Assembly: GCA_021811615.1 (NCBI GenBank)
Contig: JAJZNW010000087.1
Location: 2,263 to 66,262 of the forward strand
DNA length: 64,000 nucleotides
DNA from: Bacteroidota bacterium
GTDB lineage: Bacteria > Bacteroidota > Ignavibacteria > Kryptoniales > JAKASW01
Direction: 5' to 3'
Shown: piece by piece, positions 19,843 to 28,374 of the stretch
How the letters are laid out: every line of letters begins with the position of its first letter
Position numbering within the stretch: position 1 is the first letter of the stretch
Position numbers and translations under genes: made by a program
Notes under the pieces: model-generated
What the model saw: only the letters and a program-made list of their open reading frames with translations
Told to the model about the DNA's origin: nothing
Database searches by the model: none

Positions 19843-20367
19843 CCCGGAATGCCAGCTCATCGGCTCGGAATGGGAATTCTCAGCCTCGGAATGGGAAATC
19901 ACAAGCTCGGAATGCGAAATCACAGCCTCGGAATGCCGGCTCACAGCCTCGGAATGCGAAATCGCAGCCTCGGAATGCCGGCTCACAGCCTCGGAATGCG
20001 AAATCGCAGCCTCGGAATGCCAGCTCAAAGCCTCGGAATGCGAAATCGCAGCCTCGGAATGCCGGCTCAAAGCCTCGGAATGAGAAGTCACGAGCTCGGA
20101 ATGCCGGCTCAAAGCCTCGGAATGAGAAGTCACAAGCTCGGAATGCCAGCTAAAAGCCTCGGAATGCGAAATCACAAGCTCGGAATGCCAGCTCAAAGCC
20201 TCGGAATGAGAAGTCACGAGCTCGGAATGCCGGCTCAAAGCCTCGGAATGAGAAGTCACAAGCTCGGAATGCCAGCTAAAAGCCTCGGAATGAGAAGTCA
20301 CAAGCTCGGAATGCCGGCTGACAGTCTCGGAATGCGAAATCGCAGGCTCGGAATGCGGATTCACCGG
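19843..20367. repeat. 25 tandem copies of a 21-bp unit (invariant core CTCGGAATG + 12 variable bp, alternating A/B subtypes giving a 42-bp super-unit)
   Basis: Read directly; units start at 19843+21n. There are exact higher-order duplications: 19927-19968 = 19969-20010 and 20074-20157 = 20200-20283. The array fills the convergent gap between murI (stop 19830) and the GNAT gene (stop 20382). Confidence 0.97.
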
Positions 20368-20381
20368 CTACGCCGGAGCTT

Positions 20382-20870
20382 TCAGCCTTTCACTTGCGCC
20401 AGGTCCAGCTCGAAGAACATCGCGTCCGGAAGCGGATTCACACGGTATTGCGGAATTTCCCTGAACCCGAACGACCTGTAAAGCGCGATGGCTTCAACCA
20501 TCGAGCTCACAGTGTCGAGCCGCATCTTCCCGTATCCGATTTGTCTTGCCTCGTCGATAACCCTTTCCGCGAGTCTCCTCCCGAGTTTCAATCCTCGAAA
20601 CTCCGGCCTTACATAGAGTCTTTTCATCTCGCAGATCCCCTCTTCCAGCCTCCTCAGTGCCACACAACCCGCCGCGTGGTTGCCTCCAAGCGCTACAAGT
20701 ATGCATCCGCCGGGTCTCGAGTACTCACCGGGGAGATGAGATACCTCTTCGTCGAAGTTTTGAAAGTCGAGATCGAAGGGAAGTGACTTCTCGTACTCCA
20801 GGAAGAGATTTTTTGCGGCCGAGAGCAGCTCCTCTGAATCGGCATCGAGTATTCGGAGCGTGGGTTTCAT
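20382..20870 (-). CDS. GNAT-family N-acetyltransferase
   Basis: Acetyl-CoA motif A: CEMKRLYVRPEFRGLKLGRRLAERVIDEAR. Start chosen at MKPTLRIL (ATG); a GTG at 20921 is the alternative. Confidence 0.85.
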   Translation of the reverse strand: MKPTLRILDADSEELLSAAKNLFLEYEKSLPFDLDFQNFDEEVSHLPGEYSRPGGCILVALGGNHAAGCVALRRLEEGICEMKRLYVRPEFRGLKLGRRLAERVIDEARQIGYGKMRLDTVSSMVEAIALYRSFGFREIPQYRVNPLPDAMFFELDLAQVKG

Positions 20871-21067
20871 GAAAGGAGTGATGCTTCTGTCTTCCTGAAG
20901 TTGGTGTCTCGACTCATCCACTGTCCCGAGGTTGTCCCCAAAGTGGCCATCCGATGAATCGGACGGCTAGCAACGGCGCAAAGCCTTCCGGGTTTCATGC
21001 TTTCAGAGGCGTCGATTTCAATAGATGCCTCTTTGGGGATCGCTTGTCAGGAGGTAAGTACGTTCCA

Positions 21068-23308
21068 TTATCTCACTATCCTCAGATTCGCGTACCTCAC
21101 CATCAGCTGTTTCTTCTGGTTCGCGCCGAAGAGGACCACTACGCGCTCGTTATCGCCTTTGCCCGACATCTCGATGACTTTTCCTTCACCGAAGAACTGG
21201 TGCTCCACGATGGTGCCGATCTTTATGTGCGGACCTGCCGTGCGGTCTTTCTCCACTTGCCGCGGCTCTTCCTGCGTTTCAGTACCGCCGAAGACATCGA
21301 GCGAAGGCTTCAGTGAGTTGAATGTTGAAGTCGTTTCCCACAGCGAACGCTGCTGGGATATCCTGGTCCCGTGTTCCTGGTCGAGGAGGTCGGACTCTAT
21401 TTCCGCGAGGAAGCGAGAGGGGGCCTCGTACGAGAGCTTCCCGAAACGGAACCTCTGCCTCGCATAAGAAAGGTAAACCTTCTTCTGAGCACGCGTTATC
21501 GCCACGTAGAAAAGCCGGCGTTCTTCTTCGAGCTCATCCTGCTCTTTGGATCCGAGAGGGAAGAGACCTTCCTCCAGCCCGCTGACAAAAACCACCGGGA
21601 ACTCGAGTCCTTTCGCGGCGTGGATTGTCATCAGAGTGACGGAGTTCCGCTTCGTGTCCCAGCGGTCGACATCGGCAACGAGCGAAACTTCGGCGAGGAA
21701 GTCTTGAAGAGTTCCTTCCGGACTCTCCGACTGAAACTCCGCGATGCCCGCAAGGAACTCCTGTATGTTGTCCATCCTGTTCTGCGACTCGACGGTGTTC
21801 TCGTCTTTCAGGCTTCTTATGATGCCGAGCTCGTCGGTGAGCGAACGCGAGAGCTCGCCGACCGAAAGTTCGTCCTTGAGCTTGTTGTATTTGTTGACGA
21901 GCCTTGCGAACTGTTTCAGCTGATTCTTCTGCCGCGGCTGAATCTCGACTATCTCATCCACTCGTTCAGTGATTGCGAGGAGCGGCTGCTGCTCTTTCGA
22001 TGCAAAGCTCCTGACATAGTCTATCGTCACGTCTCCGATCCCGCGCGCAGGGAAGTTCACAATCCTCAGGAACGACGCGTCGTCCTGCGGGTTAACGATG
22101 AGCTTCAGGTACGCGAGCAGATCTTTGATTTCCTTTCTTTTATAGAAGGCGACGCCGCCGACTATGATGTAAGGGATGCCGCCGCGGTTGAACGCCTCTT
22201 CGAGCGAGCGCGACTGCGAATTGGTCCTGAAGAGAACCACGAAGTCCTTCAGCTGAAGTTTGTCTTTTATGCTCTCGTCCCTGATTCGCTGGACGATCTT
22301 GTACCCTTCGTCGCGGTCGCTCTCGCATTCCAATACCGAGAGCTTGTCGCCTTCGTGGTTCTCGGTCCAGAGTTCTTTATCGAGCTTTCGCTGGTTGTGA
22401 ACGATGACGGAGTTCGCGGCTTTGAGTATCTTCCCGGTCGAACGATAGTTCTGTTCCAGTCTTACGACCTTCGCGTCCGGGTAGTCGGACTGGAAGTCGA
22501 GTATGTTCTGGAGGTCTGCTCCGCGCCAGGAGTAAATGCTTTGCGCATCGTCGCCCACCACGCACAGGTTCCTGTGCTTCTCCGCCAGGAGCTTGAGAAG
22601 CATGTACTGGGCGCGGTTGGTGTCCTGGTACTCGTCGACGAGTATGAATCTGAACTTGTTCTGGTACTTCTCCAGGGTGGCGCGGTCGCGGTTGAGCAGG
22701 ACGATCGGCTTGATGAGGAGGTCGTCGAAGTCCATCGCGTTGCTCTTCTTCAGCCTCTCTTCATAGGCGGCATAGACTTCCGCGGTTACCTGGTCCAGCC
22801 TGCTCTTCGCCGATTGTTCAAGTTGGGAGGGGAGCACGAGGCCGTTCTTCGACCTGCTGATCTGCCAGCGTATTCCCGCCGGCACGAAAACCTCCTCCGA
22901 GAGATTTCGCTCGCGAAGTATCTGCTTTACAAGCTTCAGCGAATCTTCCTCGTCGTAGATGGAATAGTTCGATGTGTATCCGAGTTTGTCGGCCTCCATC
23001 CTCAGTATCTTGCCGAAAAGCGAATGGAATGTCCCGATCCACGAGCCGAATCTTCTTCCGTTGCCGTTTTCATCCATGCCGAGCAATTTCTCGGTGCGCG
23101 ACTTCATTTCGTTCGCCGCCTTGTTGGTGAAAGTGAGGGAGAGAATGTTGTGGATGGGGACGCCTATCGAGACGAGATACGCGACACGATAGGTGAGGAC
23201 TTTTGTCTTGCCGCTTCCGGCGCCGGCGAGGACAAGCTCAGGCCCCTCGACCGACTTGACCGCGGATAGCTGGGCGGGATTCAGGTCTCTTAGAAAATCT
23301 GTGTTCAT
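21068..23308 (-). CDS. pcrA: ATP-dependent DNA helicase, UvrD/PcrA family
   Basis: LNPAQLSAV, Walker A AGAGSGKT, DEYQDTN, VGDDAQSIYSWRGA, TIHAAKGLEFPVVF, LFYVAITRA. There is a 4-nt overlap with argH. Confidence 0.95.
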   Translation of the reverse strand: MNTDFLRDLNPAQLSAVKSVEGPELVLAGAGSGKTKVLTYRVAYLVSIGVPIHNILSLTFTNKAANEMKSRTEKLLGMDENGNGRRFGSWIGTFHSLFGKILRMEADKLGYTSNYSIYDEEDSLKLVKQILRERNLSEEVFVPAGIRWQISRSKNGLVLPSQLEQSAKSRLDQVTAEVYAAYEERLKKSNAMDFDDLLIKPIVLLNRDRATLEKYQNKFRFILVDEYQDTNRAQYMLLKLLAEKHRNLCVVGDDAQSIYSWRGADLQNILDFQSDYPDAKVVRLEQNYRSTGKILKAANSVIVHNQRKLDKELWTENHEGDKLSVLECESDRDEGYKIVQRIRDESIKDKLQLKDFVVLFRTNSQSRSLEEAFNRGGIPYIIVGGVAFYKRKEIKDLLAYLKLIVNPQDDASFLRIVNFPARGIGDVTIDYVRSFASKEQQPLLAITERVDEIVEIQPRQKNQLKQFARLVNKYNKLKDELSVGELSRSLTDELGIIRSLKDENTVESQNRMDNIQEFLAGIAEFQSESPEGTLQDFLAEVSLVADVDRWDTKRNSVTLMTIHAAKGLEFPVVFVSGLEEGLFPLGSKEQDELEEERRLFYVAITRAQKKVYLSYARQRFRFGKLSYEAPSRFLAEIESDLLDQEHGTRISQQRSLWETTSTFNSLKPSLDVFGGTETQEEPRQVEKDRTAGPHIKIGTIVEHQFFGEGKVIEMSGKGDNERVVVLFGANQKKQLMVRYANLRIVR

Positions 23309-24696
23309 CTCCTGCCGGCTTTCCTCCTCGAAAGGATCTTGTCCGCAAGATCCAGCTGCTCCTTCAGCCTCTTTGAACTCGTGCCGCCGTATACGTCGTG
23401 GCCTTCTACAGATTTCTGCGGGTTGAAAATCCTGTAGTAATTCCCGTCGAACAGGGAAGAGATTGCTTTCAAATCCTCGGGCGAGAATTCTCGGAGCTTC
23501 TTGCCGTTCTGCGTCCCGGTAAGGACGAGCTTCCCGACCACTTTGTGAGCCTCCCGGAAAGGCATCCCCTTTTCCACCAGATAGTCTGCGACATCGGTGG
23601 CATATATCGAGTCGTCGGTGTTCCTCATGAGATTGGCGCGCTTAACCTTCAGCGTAGAGATTACTCCGGTGAAGACTCTCAGTGAAGAAAAGAGAGTATC
23701 GACCGAGTCGAACATCGGCTCCTTGTCTTCCTGTAAATCCTTCGCATAAGTGAGCGGCAGACCCTTCTGAAGTGTAAGAAGGGAAGTCAGGTCGGAGATC
23801 GACCTGGCGACTTTGCCGCGTATGAGCTCCAGCGAGTCGGGATTCTTTTTCTGCGGCATCATGCTGCTGCCGGTCGAATAGGCGTCGTCCAGCTCGACGA
23901 ACGCGAATTCTGTCGAGCTCCACATGATAAGGTCTTCGGCGAACCGGCTCAGGTGGATGAGTGTCTGCGCCGCGACGAATAGAAAGTCGGTGATGAAGCC
24001 ACGGTCGCTGACGGCGGCGATGCTGTTCGGCGAGAGTTCCGAGAAGCTGAGCTCCCGTTTCAATAAATTCCTGTCGATCCTGACCGTAGACCCAGCGACT
24101 GCGCCCGACCCGAGCGGCAGAACGTCCATCCTGACTTCCAGGTCCTCAAGTCTGCGATAGTCGTCTTCGAGCATGAAGAAGAGTGCCATGAAGTAATGGC
24201 CAAGCCTGACGAGTTGAGCCTGCTGGAGGTGCGTGTAAGACGGGAGTATGTCGTCGGCGGTGTCGGCGGCGAGATCTCTAACCGCCGATTGCAGCTCACG
24301 TATGAGCACGCCTGCCTGCGCTATTGCTGACTTCAGGAAAATTCTCTCGTCGGTCGCGACCTGCTCGTTGCGGCTCCTGCCGGTGTGTATCTTCTTGCCG
24401 GTTTCGCCGATTTTCTCGACGAGCCTCCTCTCGATCGCGGTATGGATGTCTTCGTCCTCAGGCTTGAACCTGAACCTGCCTGCCGCAAATTCATTCCCGA
24501 TTTCTCGGAGAGCTCTTGCGACCTTCGCCTGCTGTGATTTTGTGAATATTCCCGCTTTTGCGAGCGCGGCCGAATATGCCGTGCTCGCTTCGATTTCTTC
24601 CTTCCAGAGTCTCTTGTCGAATGGGAGCGAATCGTTGAACTCGCTCATCAGTTTCGACACACTCTGCGTAAATCTACCGCCCCAGAGTTTTGGCAT
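23305..24696 (-). CDS. argH: argininosuccinate lyase
   Basis: MPKLWGGRF start, the fumarate-lyase signature GSSMMPQKKNPD, and GAGGAG upstream of the ATG. Confidence 0.95.
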   Translation of the reverse strand: MPKLWGGRFTQSVSKLMSEFNDSLPFDKRLWKEEIEASTAYSAALAKAGIFTKSQQAKVARALREIGNEFAAGRFRFKPEDEDIHTAIERRLVEKIGETGKKIHTGRSRNEQVATDERIFLKSAIAQAGVLIRELQSAVRDLAADTADDILPSYTHLQQAQLVRLGHYFMALFFMLEDDYRRLEDLEVRMDVLPLGSGAVAGSTVRIDRNLLKRELSFSELSPNSIAAVSDRGFITDFLFVAAQTLIHLSRFAEDLIMWSSTEFAFVELDDAYSTGSSMMPQKKNPDSLELIRGKVARSISDLTSLLTLQKGLPLTYAKDLQEDKEPMFDSVDTLFSSLRVFTGVISTLKVKRANLMRNTDDSIYATDVADYLVEKGMPFREAHKVVGKLVLTGTQNGKKLREFSPEDLKAISSLFDGNYYRIFNPQKSVEGHDVYGGTSSKRLKEQLDLADKILSRRKAGRR

Positions 24697-24731
24697 AACT
24701 TGTTAAGCTCCTCAAAGAGTCCTCCGGACAA

Positions 24732-24759
24732 GTTCCAAATTCCAAAATCCAAGTTCCAA
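24732..24759 (-). promoter_or_regulatory. four tandem heptamers TTGGAAN (minus-strand reading) 36-63 nt upstream of the argH ATG
   Basis: The plus strand reads GTTCCAA ATTCCAA AATCCAA GTTCCAA. Three oppositely oriented TTGGA motifs lie at 24844-24873 (TTGGAGCTT appears twice). Confidence 0.3.
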
Positions 24760-24871
24760 ACAATGTTCAAAAGTTAAATCATAAAATGCAACCGTTAGAG
24801 ATTCTCTTAATATCTTAATTGATTCCTGTGGTTTTGTTTTTGTTTGGACATTGGAGCTTGTGTGTTGGAGC

Positions 24872-25837
24872 TTATCTCAAGGGAGTTAAAACCTTCTTGT
24901 TTGACTTAATGTCTTTTTCGAAAAGATCGTGGAAAGCTTTCCATACTTTCCCGGGCTTGCCGTCTCCGATGGTCCGCCCGTCATATTCTACAACCGGCGC
25001 GACGAAAAATGAAGTGCTGAAGAAGAGTATCTCGGCCGCGTTATAGGCATCCGAAAGCGGGATGTTCTCCACACTTACACCTGTAATGATCCGCTTCTTC
25101 TTCAGCTGATCGGCCATCTCGAGAGCGCGCGCAAGCGTCGTCCCCCGCAATATCTTCTCGGGCGGCGGGACTCGCAATATGCCGTCCCTGCCGACGACAG
25201 CGACATTTTTGTTCGACCCTTCGGTGATGTTACCGGAAGCGTCGACCGCAATGGCGGAATCAGCTTCGCTCCGTTTTGCGGCGAGCTCCATCATGGCGTT
25301 GGAAAGGTAGTCGACCGATTTCACTTGAGGCGATAGCGGAGGCTTCATCGGTGTCGGGCTTGTCGACGCGGCCATACCTGTCTTGAAATACCGCTCCGGT
25401 GCCGGAGAGAACTTCCCGATCAGGATATAGAGGTTTGGCGCTATAGCCTCGTGCGGATAAACGCTCATGCTTCCGTGACCTCGGGAGAGAAAGAAGCGTG
25501 CAATGAAGTTCTTCTTGCCGGACACAATTCCCAGTTTCACAACGAGTAGTTTCATCTCGTCGCGGGAAAAGGGAGGAACTATGCCGATGGCATTCGCGGA
25601 GAAGAAAAACCTCTCGATATGCCTGTCAAGGAGATAATAGTTCCCGTCTATGCATAACGCGTTGTCAAAGACGCCGTCGCCGCGATGGACTATGTGGTCG
25701 TCGATAGGGACGGACATCAAAAGGCGGTTACGTGTGTAACCGCCTAAATAAGTTGAATAGTAGAGGAAGAAGTCATCTTCGGTCTGTAGCTTTGCCTGCA
25801 GCTCGTCAGGCTTCACCTCGCGCAGATCGAGCGTCAT
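24872..25837 (-). CDS. class IV (fold-type IV) PLP aminotransferase, BCAT/DAAT-like
   Basis: HRGDGVFD, the probable catalytic-Lys region [12 protein letters not shown], and [10 protein letters not shown]...[12 protein letters not shown]. There is a 4-nt overlap with argG. Confidence 0.8.
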   Translation of the reverse strand: MTLDLREVKPDELQAKLQTEDDFFLYYSTYLGGYTRNRLLMSVPIDDHIVHRGDGVFDNALCIDGNYYLLDRHIERFFFSANAIGIVPPFSRDEMKLLVVKLGIVSGKKNFIARFFLSRGHGSMSVYPHEAIAPNLYILIGKFSPAPERYFKTGMAASTSPTPMKPPLSPQVKSVDYLSNAMMELAAKRSEADSAIAVDASGNITEGSNKNVAVVGRDGILRVPPPEKILRGTTLARALEMADQLKKKRIITGVSVENIPLSDAYNAAEILFFSTSFFVAPVVEYDGRTIGDGKPGKVWKAFHDLFEKDIKSNKKVLTPLR

Positions 25838-27048
25838 TCCTTAGGTTTCCCATGGATTTCGGATGCAACCTTCATCGAGAGTCCGAACAGGTCGATGAAT
25901 CCTGCCGCTTTTTTCTGATCGTAAACCTCGTCCTGCGAGAAAGTCGCGAGGTCTTCACGATATAGCGAGTAGGGGCTCTTTGCGCCGGCCGCGCTTATGC
26001 TTCCTTTGTACAGTTTCAGCCTTACGGTTCCGGTTACATACTTCTGTGTAGATTCCATGAACGCGTCGATTGCCTCGCGAAGCGGCGTATACCACTGGCC
26101 GTTGTAGACGAGCTCTGCGTAACGCTGCGAGACCATGTCTTTGTAATGAAGCGTATCTTTATCGAGTATGATGTGTTCGAGCTCGCTGTGTGCGGCATAT
26201 AAGATCGTGCCGCCCGGGGTTTCGTAGACGCCTCTCGACTTCATACCGACGAGACGGTTCTCGACGAGGTCGACTCTACCAATCGCGTTTGCTGCTCCAA
26301 TCTTGTTAAGCCTTTCCACAATCGAGACGGCATCGTATTTCTTCCCGTCGATGGCGACAGGAACTCCGCGTTTGAATTCTATCTGGATGTAAGTCGGTCT
26401 GTTCGGGGCTTTTTCCGGCGAGACGGTTCTGACGAACATGTCGCTCTTCGGCTCATTCCAGGGATTCTCGAGCTCGCCTCCCTCGTGGCTTAAGTGCCAG
26501 AGATTGCCGTCGCGGCTGTAAATCTTCTTGAGTGTCGCCTTTATGGGGACATTATGCTCGTCGGCATATCTGATCGCATCCTCCCGGGAGCGGATATCCC
26601 ATTCGCGCCACGGCGCAATAACTTTAAGCTTCGGGGCAAATACCTTGTAAGTCAGTTCGAACCTCACCTGGTCATTCCCTTTGCCGGTGCAGCCGTGCGC
26701 AAGGGCGTCGGCTCCTTCTTTCAGAGCTATTCTCGCCTGGTATTTTGCGATAAGCGGTCTGGCGATCGAAGTGCCGAGGAGATATTTCCTTTCGTAAATC
26801 GCGTGCGCCTTAATCATCGGGAAAAGAAATCTCTCGACGAATTCTTTCCTTAGATCAAGTATATAGAACTTATCGGCGCCGGTTTTTTTCGCTTTTTTAT
26901 CGAGTCCGCGCAGTTCTTCATCGCCCTGGCCAATGTTAGCGGCATATGCTATTACCTGGCAGTCGTATTTCTCTTTCAGGTAGGGAATTATTATAGATGT
27001 ATCCAGTCCTCCCGAATAGGCGAGGACGACTTTCTTAACTTTCGACAA
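25834..27048 (-). CDS. argG: argininosuccinate synthase
   Basis: [13 protein letters not shown] (PP-loop), [14 protein letters not shown], 404 aa. Confidence 0.95.
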   Translation of the reverse strand: MSKVKKVVLAYSGGLDTSIIIPYLKEKYDCQVIAYAANIGQGDEELRGLDKKAKKTGADKFYILDLRKEFVERFLFPMIKAHAIYERKYLLGTSIARPLIAKYQARIALKEGADALAHGCTGKGNDQVRFELTYKVFAPKLKVIAPWREWDIRSREDAIRYADEHNVPIKATLKKIYSRDGNLWHLSHEGGELENPWNEPKSDMFVRTVSPEKAPNRPTYIQIEFKRGVPVAIDGKKYDAVSIVERLNKIGAANAIGRVDLVENRLVGMKSRGVYETPGGTILYAAHSELEHIILDKDTLHYKDMVSQRYAELVYNGQWYTPLREAIDAFMESTQKYVTGTVRLKLYKGSISAAGAKSPYSLYREDLATFSQDEVYDQKKAAGFIDLFGLSMKVASEIHGKPKE

Positions 27049-27145
27049 TTCATTTACTCCTGTTTTGGAGATAAAATTTACAAAAACCTAAGGTGATTTA
27101 GTATTGACAGTGAAAAAAAATTAAGGGGAAATTCATTTTAAATGC

Positions 27146-27174
27146 TTGACTAAAACGCTTGTTTCCATTAAACT
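27146..27174 (+). promoter_or_regulatory. candidate sigma70-type promoter for the 27208 gene
   Basis: TTGACT (27146-27151), a 17-nt spacer, then TAAACT (27169-27174). It lies in the divergent argG/lipoprotein intergenic region. Confidence 0.3.
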
Positions 27175-27207
27175 TAGGTCGATGAAAATATGCAAAGGAG
27201 GTAGAAA

Positions 27208-27483
27208 ATGAGAAAATTGCCGGGTGTAATCCTGAGCCTCATTGTAACGTCCATTTTGCTTGCTGGATGTACTAAATATGCGGATCAGAGTCAGATGCAG
27301 CAATTATCGGATCTGAAGAACGAAATAGCGACATTGCAGCAGCAGATACAGACCGCTGATCAGCAAAAGGCTGATTTGCAGAAACAAGTTGCAGACAAGA
27401 AGGACCAAATCAAGAAACTCGAGAACGACGAGCAGCTTCTACAGCAGAGACTGCAGTCGCAACAGAATACCAATTCTAACTGA
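27208..27483 (+). CDS. small coiled-coil lipoprotein
   Basis: AAAGGAGG SD, lipobox LLAGC, and a Gln/Lys/Asp-rich heptad-like sequence (LQQQIQTADQQKADLQKQVADKKDQIKKLEN). Confidence 0.6.
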   Translation: MRKLPGVILSLIVTSILLAGCTKYADQSQMQQLSDLKNEIATLQQQIQTADQQKADLQKQVADKKDQIKKLENDEQLLQQRLQSQQNTNSN

Positions 27484-27496
27484 CAAGGAGCCATAG

Positions 27497-28264
27497 ATGA
27501 AACGTTTATCCGTTTTGGCAGTTATCGCGATGATGTTCGCGATTTCCTCTGTGGCTTCCGCACAGCAGGAAAAAATGAAATACGCGGATTGGCAGGCCGA
27601 GATGACTTCCCTGACCGCCAAGCGCGATTCGTTGAAGAACGTGCTGAGTCAGCTCAATACCGACATAGCAAATTTGAAGAGTGAACTCGCCAGCCTCGAT
27701 GGTCAATACCAGGCACAGTGGAATAAGTACCTCGGAATGCTTGGGACCGATGAGGCGGGATATAAGGCTTTTGGTCTCGCTCTCCAGAACATGAAGTCCC
27801 AGATTGACAATTACATGTCAATGTCCGATCAGGATCTCTGCGCTCAGCGCAAGGATGTAGAGGCGCTCGGAGCACGGATCGACTCCATGAAGACCAGCAA
27901 GCTGGCCCTCGCACAGCAGTACTACAACGAGGTTCAGACGCTGGTTAACGACTATGCTCAGTTGAAGGCCCGCCTTGCTAATTGCTCGACGGCAATGACT
28001 TACACGGTCGGTACCTGGGCGCGTAACAGAGACTGTCTCTGGAACATCGCGAAGAAACCCTCGATCTATAACGATCCCTGGAGATGGCCTAAGATTTACA
28101 TGGCCAACAGGAATCAGATCAGGAATCCTGATTTGATCTACCCGAAGGAAGTGCTGAAGATTCCGGCAAACGCTCCTCTTACCGATAGTGAGAGAGCTGC
28201 CGCGCGTGCCTACTACGCAAGGAAGGCTCGCATGGAAAGAATGTCGGCACACCCCTCGAAGTAA
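27497..28264 (+). CDS. secreted coiled-coil protein with C-terminal LysM-like domain
   Basis: Signal peptide ...SSVASAQQ. The C-terminal YTVGTWARNRDCLWNIAKKPSIYNDPWRWPKIYMANRNQIRNPDLIYPKEVLKIP fits the LysM pattern. Confidence 0.7.
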   Translation: MKRLSVLAVIAMMFAISSVASAQQEKMKYADWQAEMTSLTAKRDSLKNVLSQLNTDIANLKSELASLDGQYQAQWNKYLGMLGTDEAGYKAFGLALQNMKSQIDNYMSMSDQDLCAQRKDVEALGARIDSMKTSKLALAQQYYNEVQTLVNDYAQLKARLANCSTAMTYTVGTWARNRDCLWNIAKKPSIYNDPWRWPKIYMANRNQIRNPDLIYPKEVLKIPANAPLTDSERAAARAYYARKARMERMSAHPSK

Positions 28265-28301
28265 GTTAGTACTAGTACGAAAAGTACGTTAAGTCTCAGT
28301 A

Positions 28302-28345
28302 GCGCTCCCGTCTGCTTTTTCAGCAAGGCGGGAGCGTTCTGTTTT
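28302..28345 (+). terminator. possible terminator after the LysM gene
   Basis: GCGCTCCCG ... CGGGAGCG imperfect hairpin followed by TTCTGTTTT. Confidence 0.4.
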
Positions 28346-28374
28346 CCTGCCATTTACTTGCGCCGGAAGAATAA

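Noticed and set aside
19843-20367. Possible CRISPR array (regular short repeats)
   Set aside because: The units are directly abutting 21-mers with no unique spacers. The variable 12 bp fall into two alternating consensus types. No cas genes are present in the window.
21371-23269. 632-aa plus-strand ORF
   Set aside because: It is an exact-phase shadow of the pcrA/uvrD gene, whose minus-strand translation carries all the helicase motifs. The shadow translation is Arg/Leu/Val/Glu-rich with no recognisable motif and has no SD.
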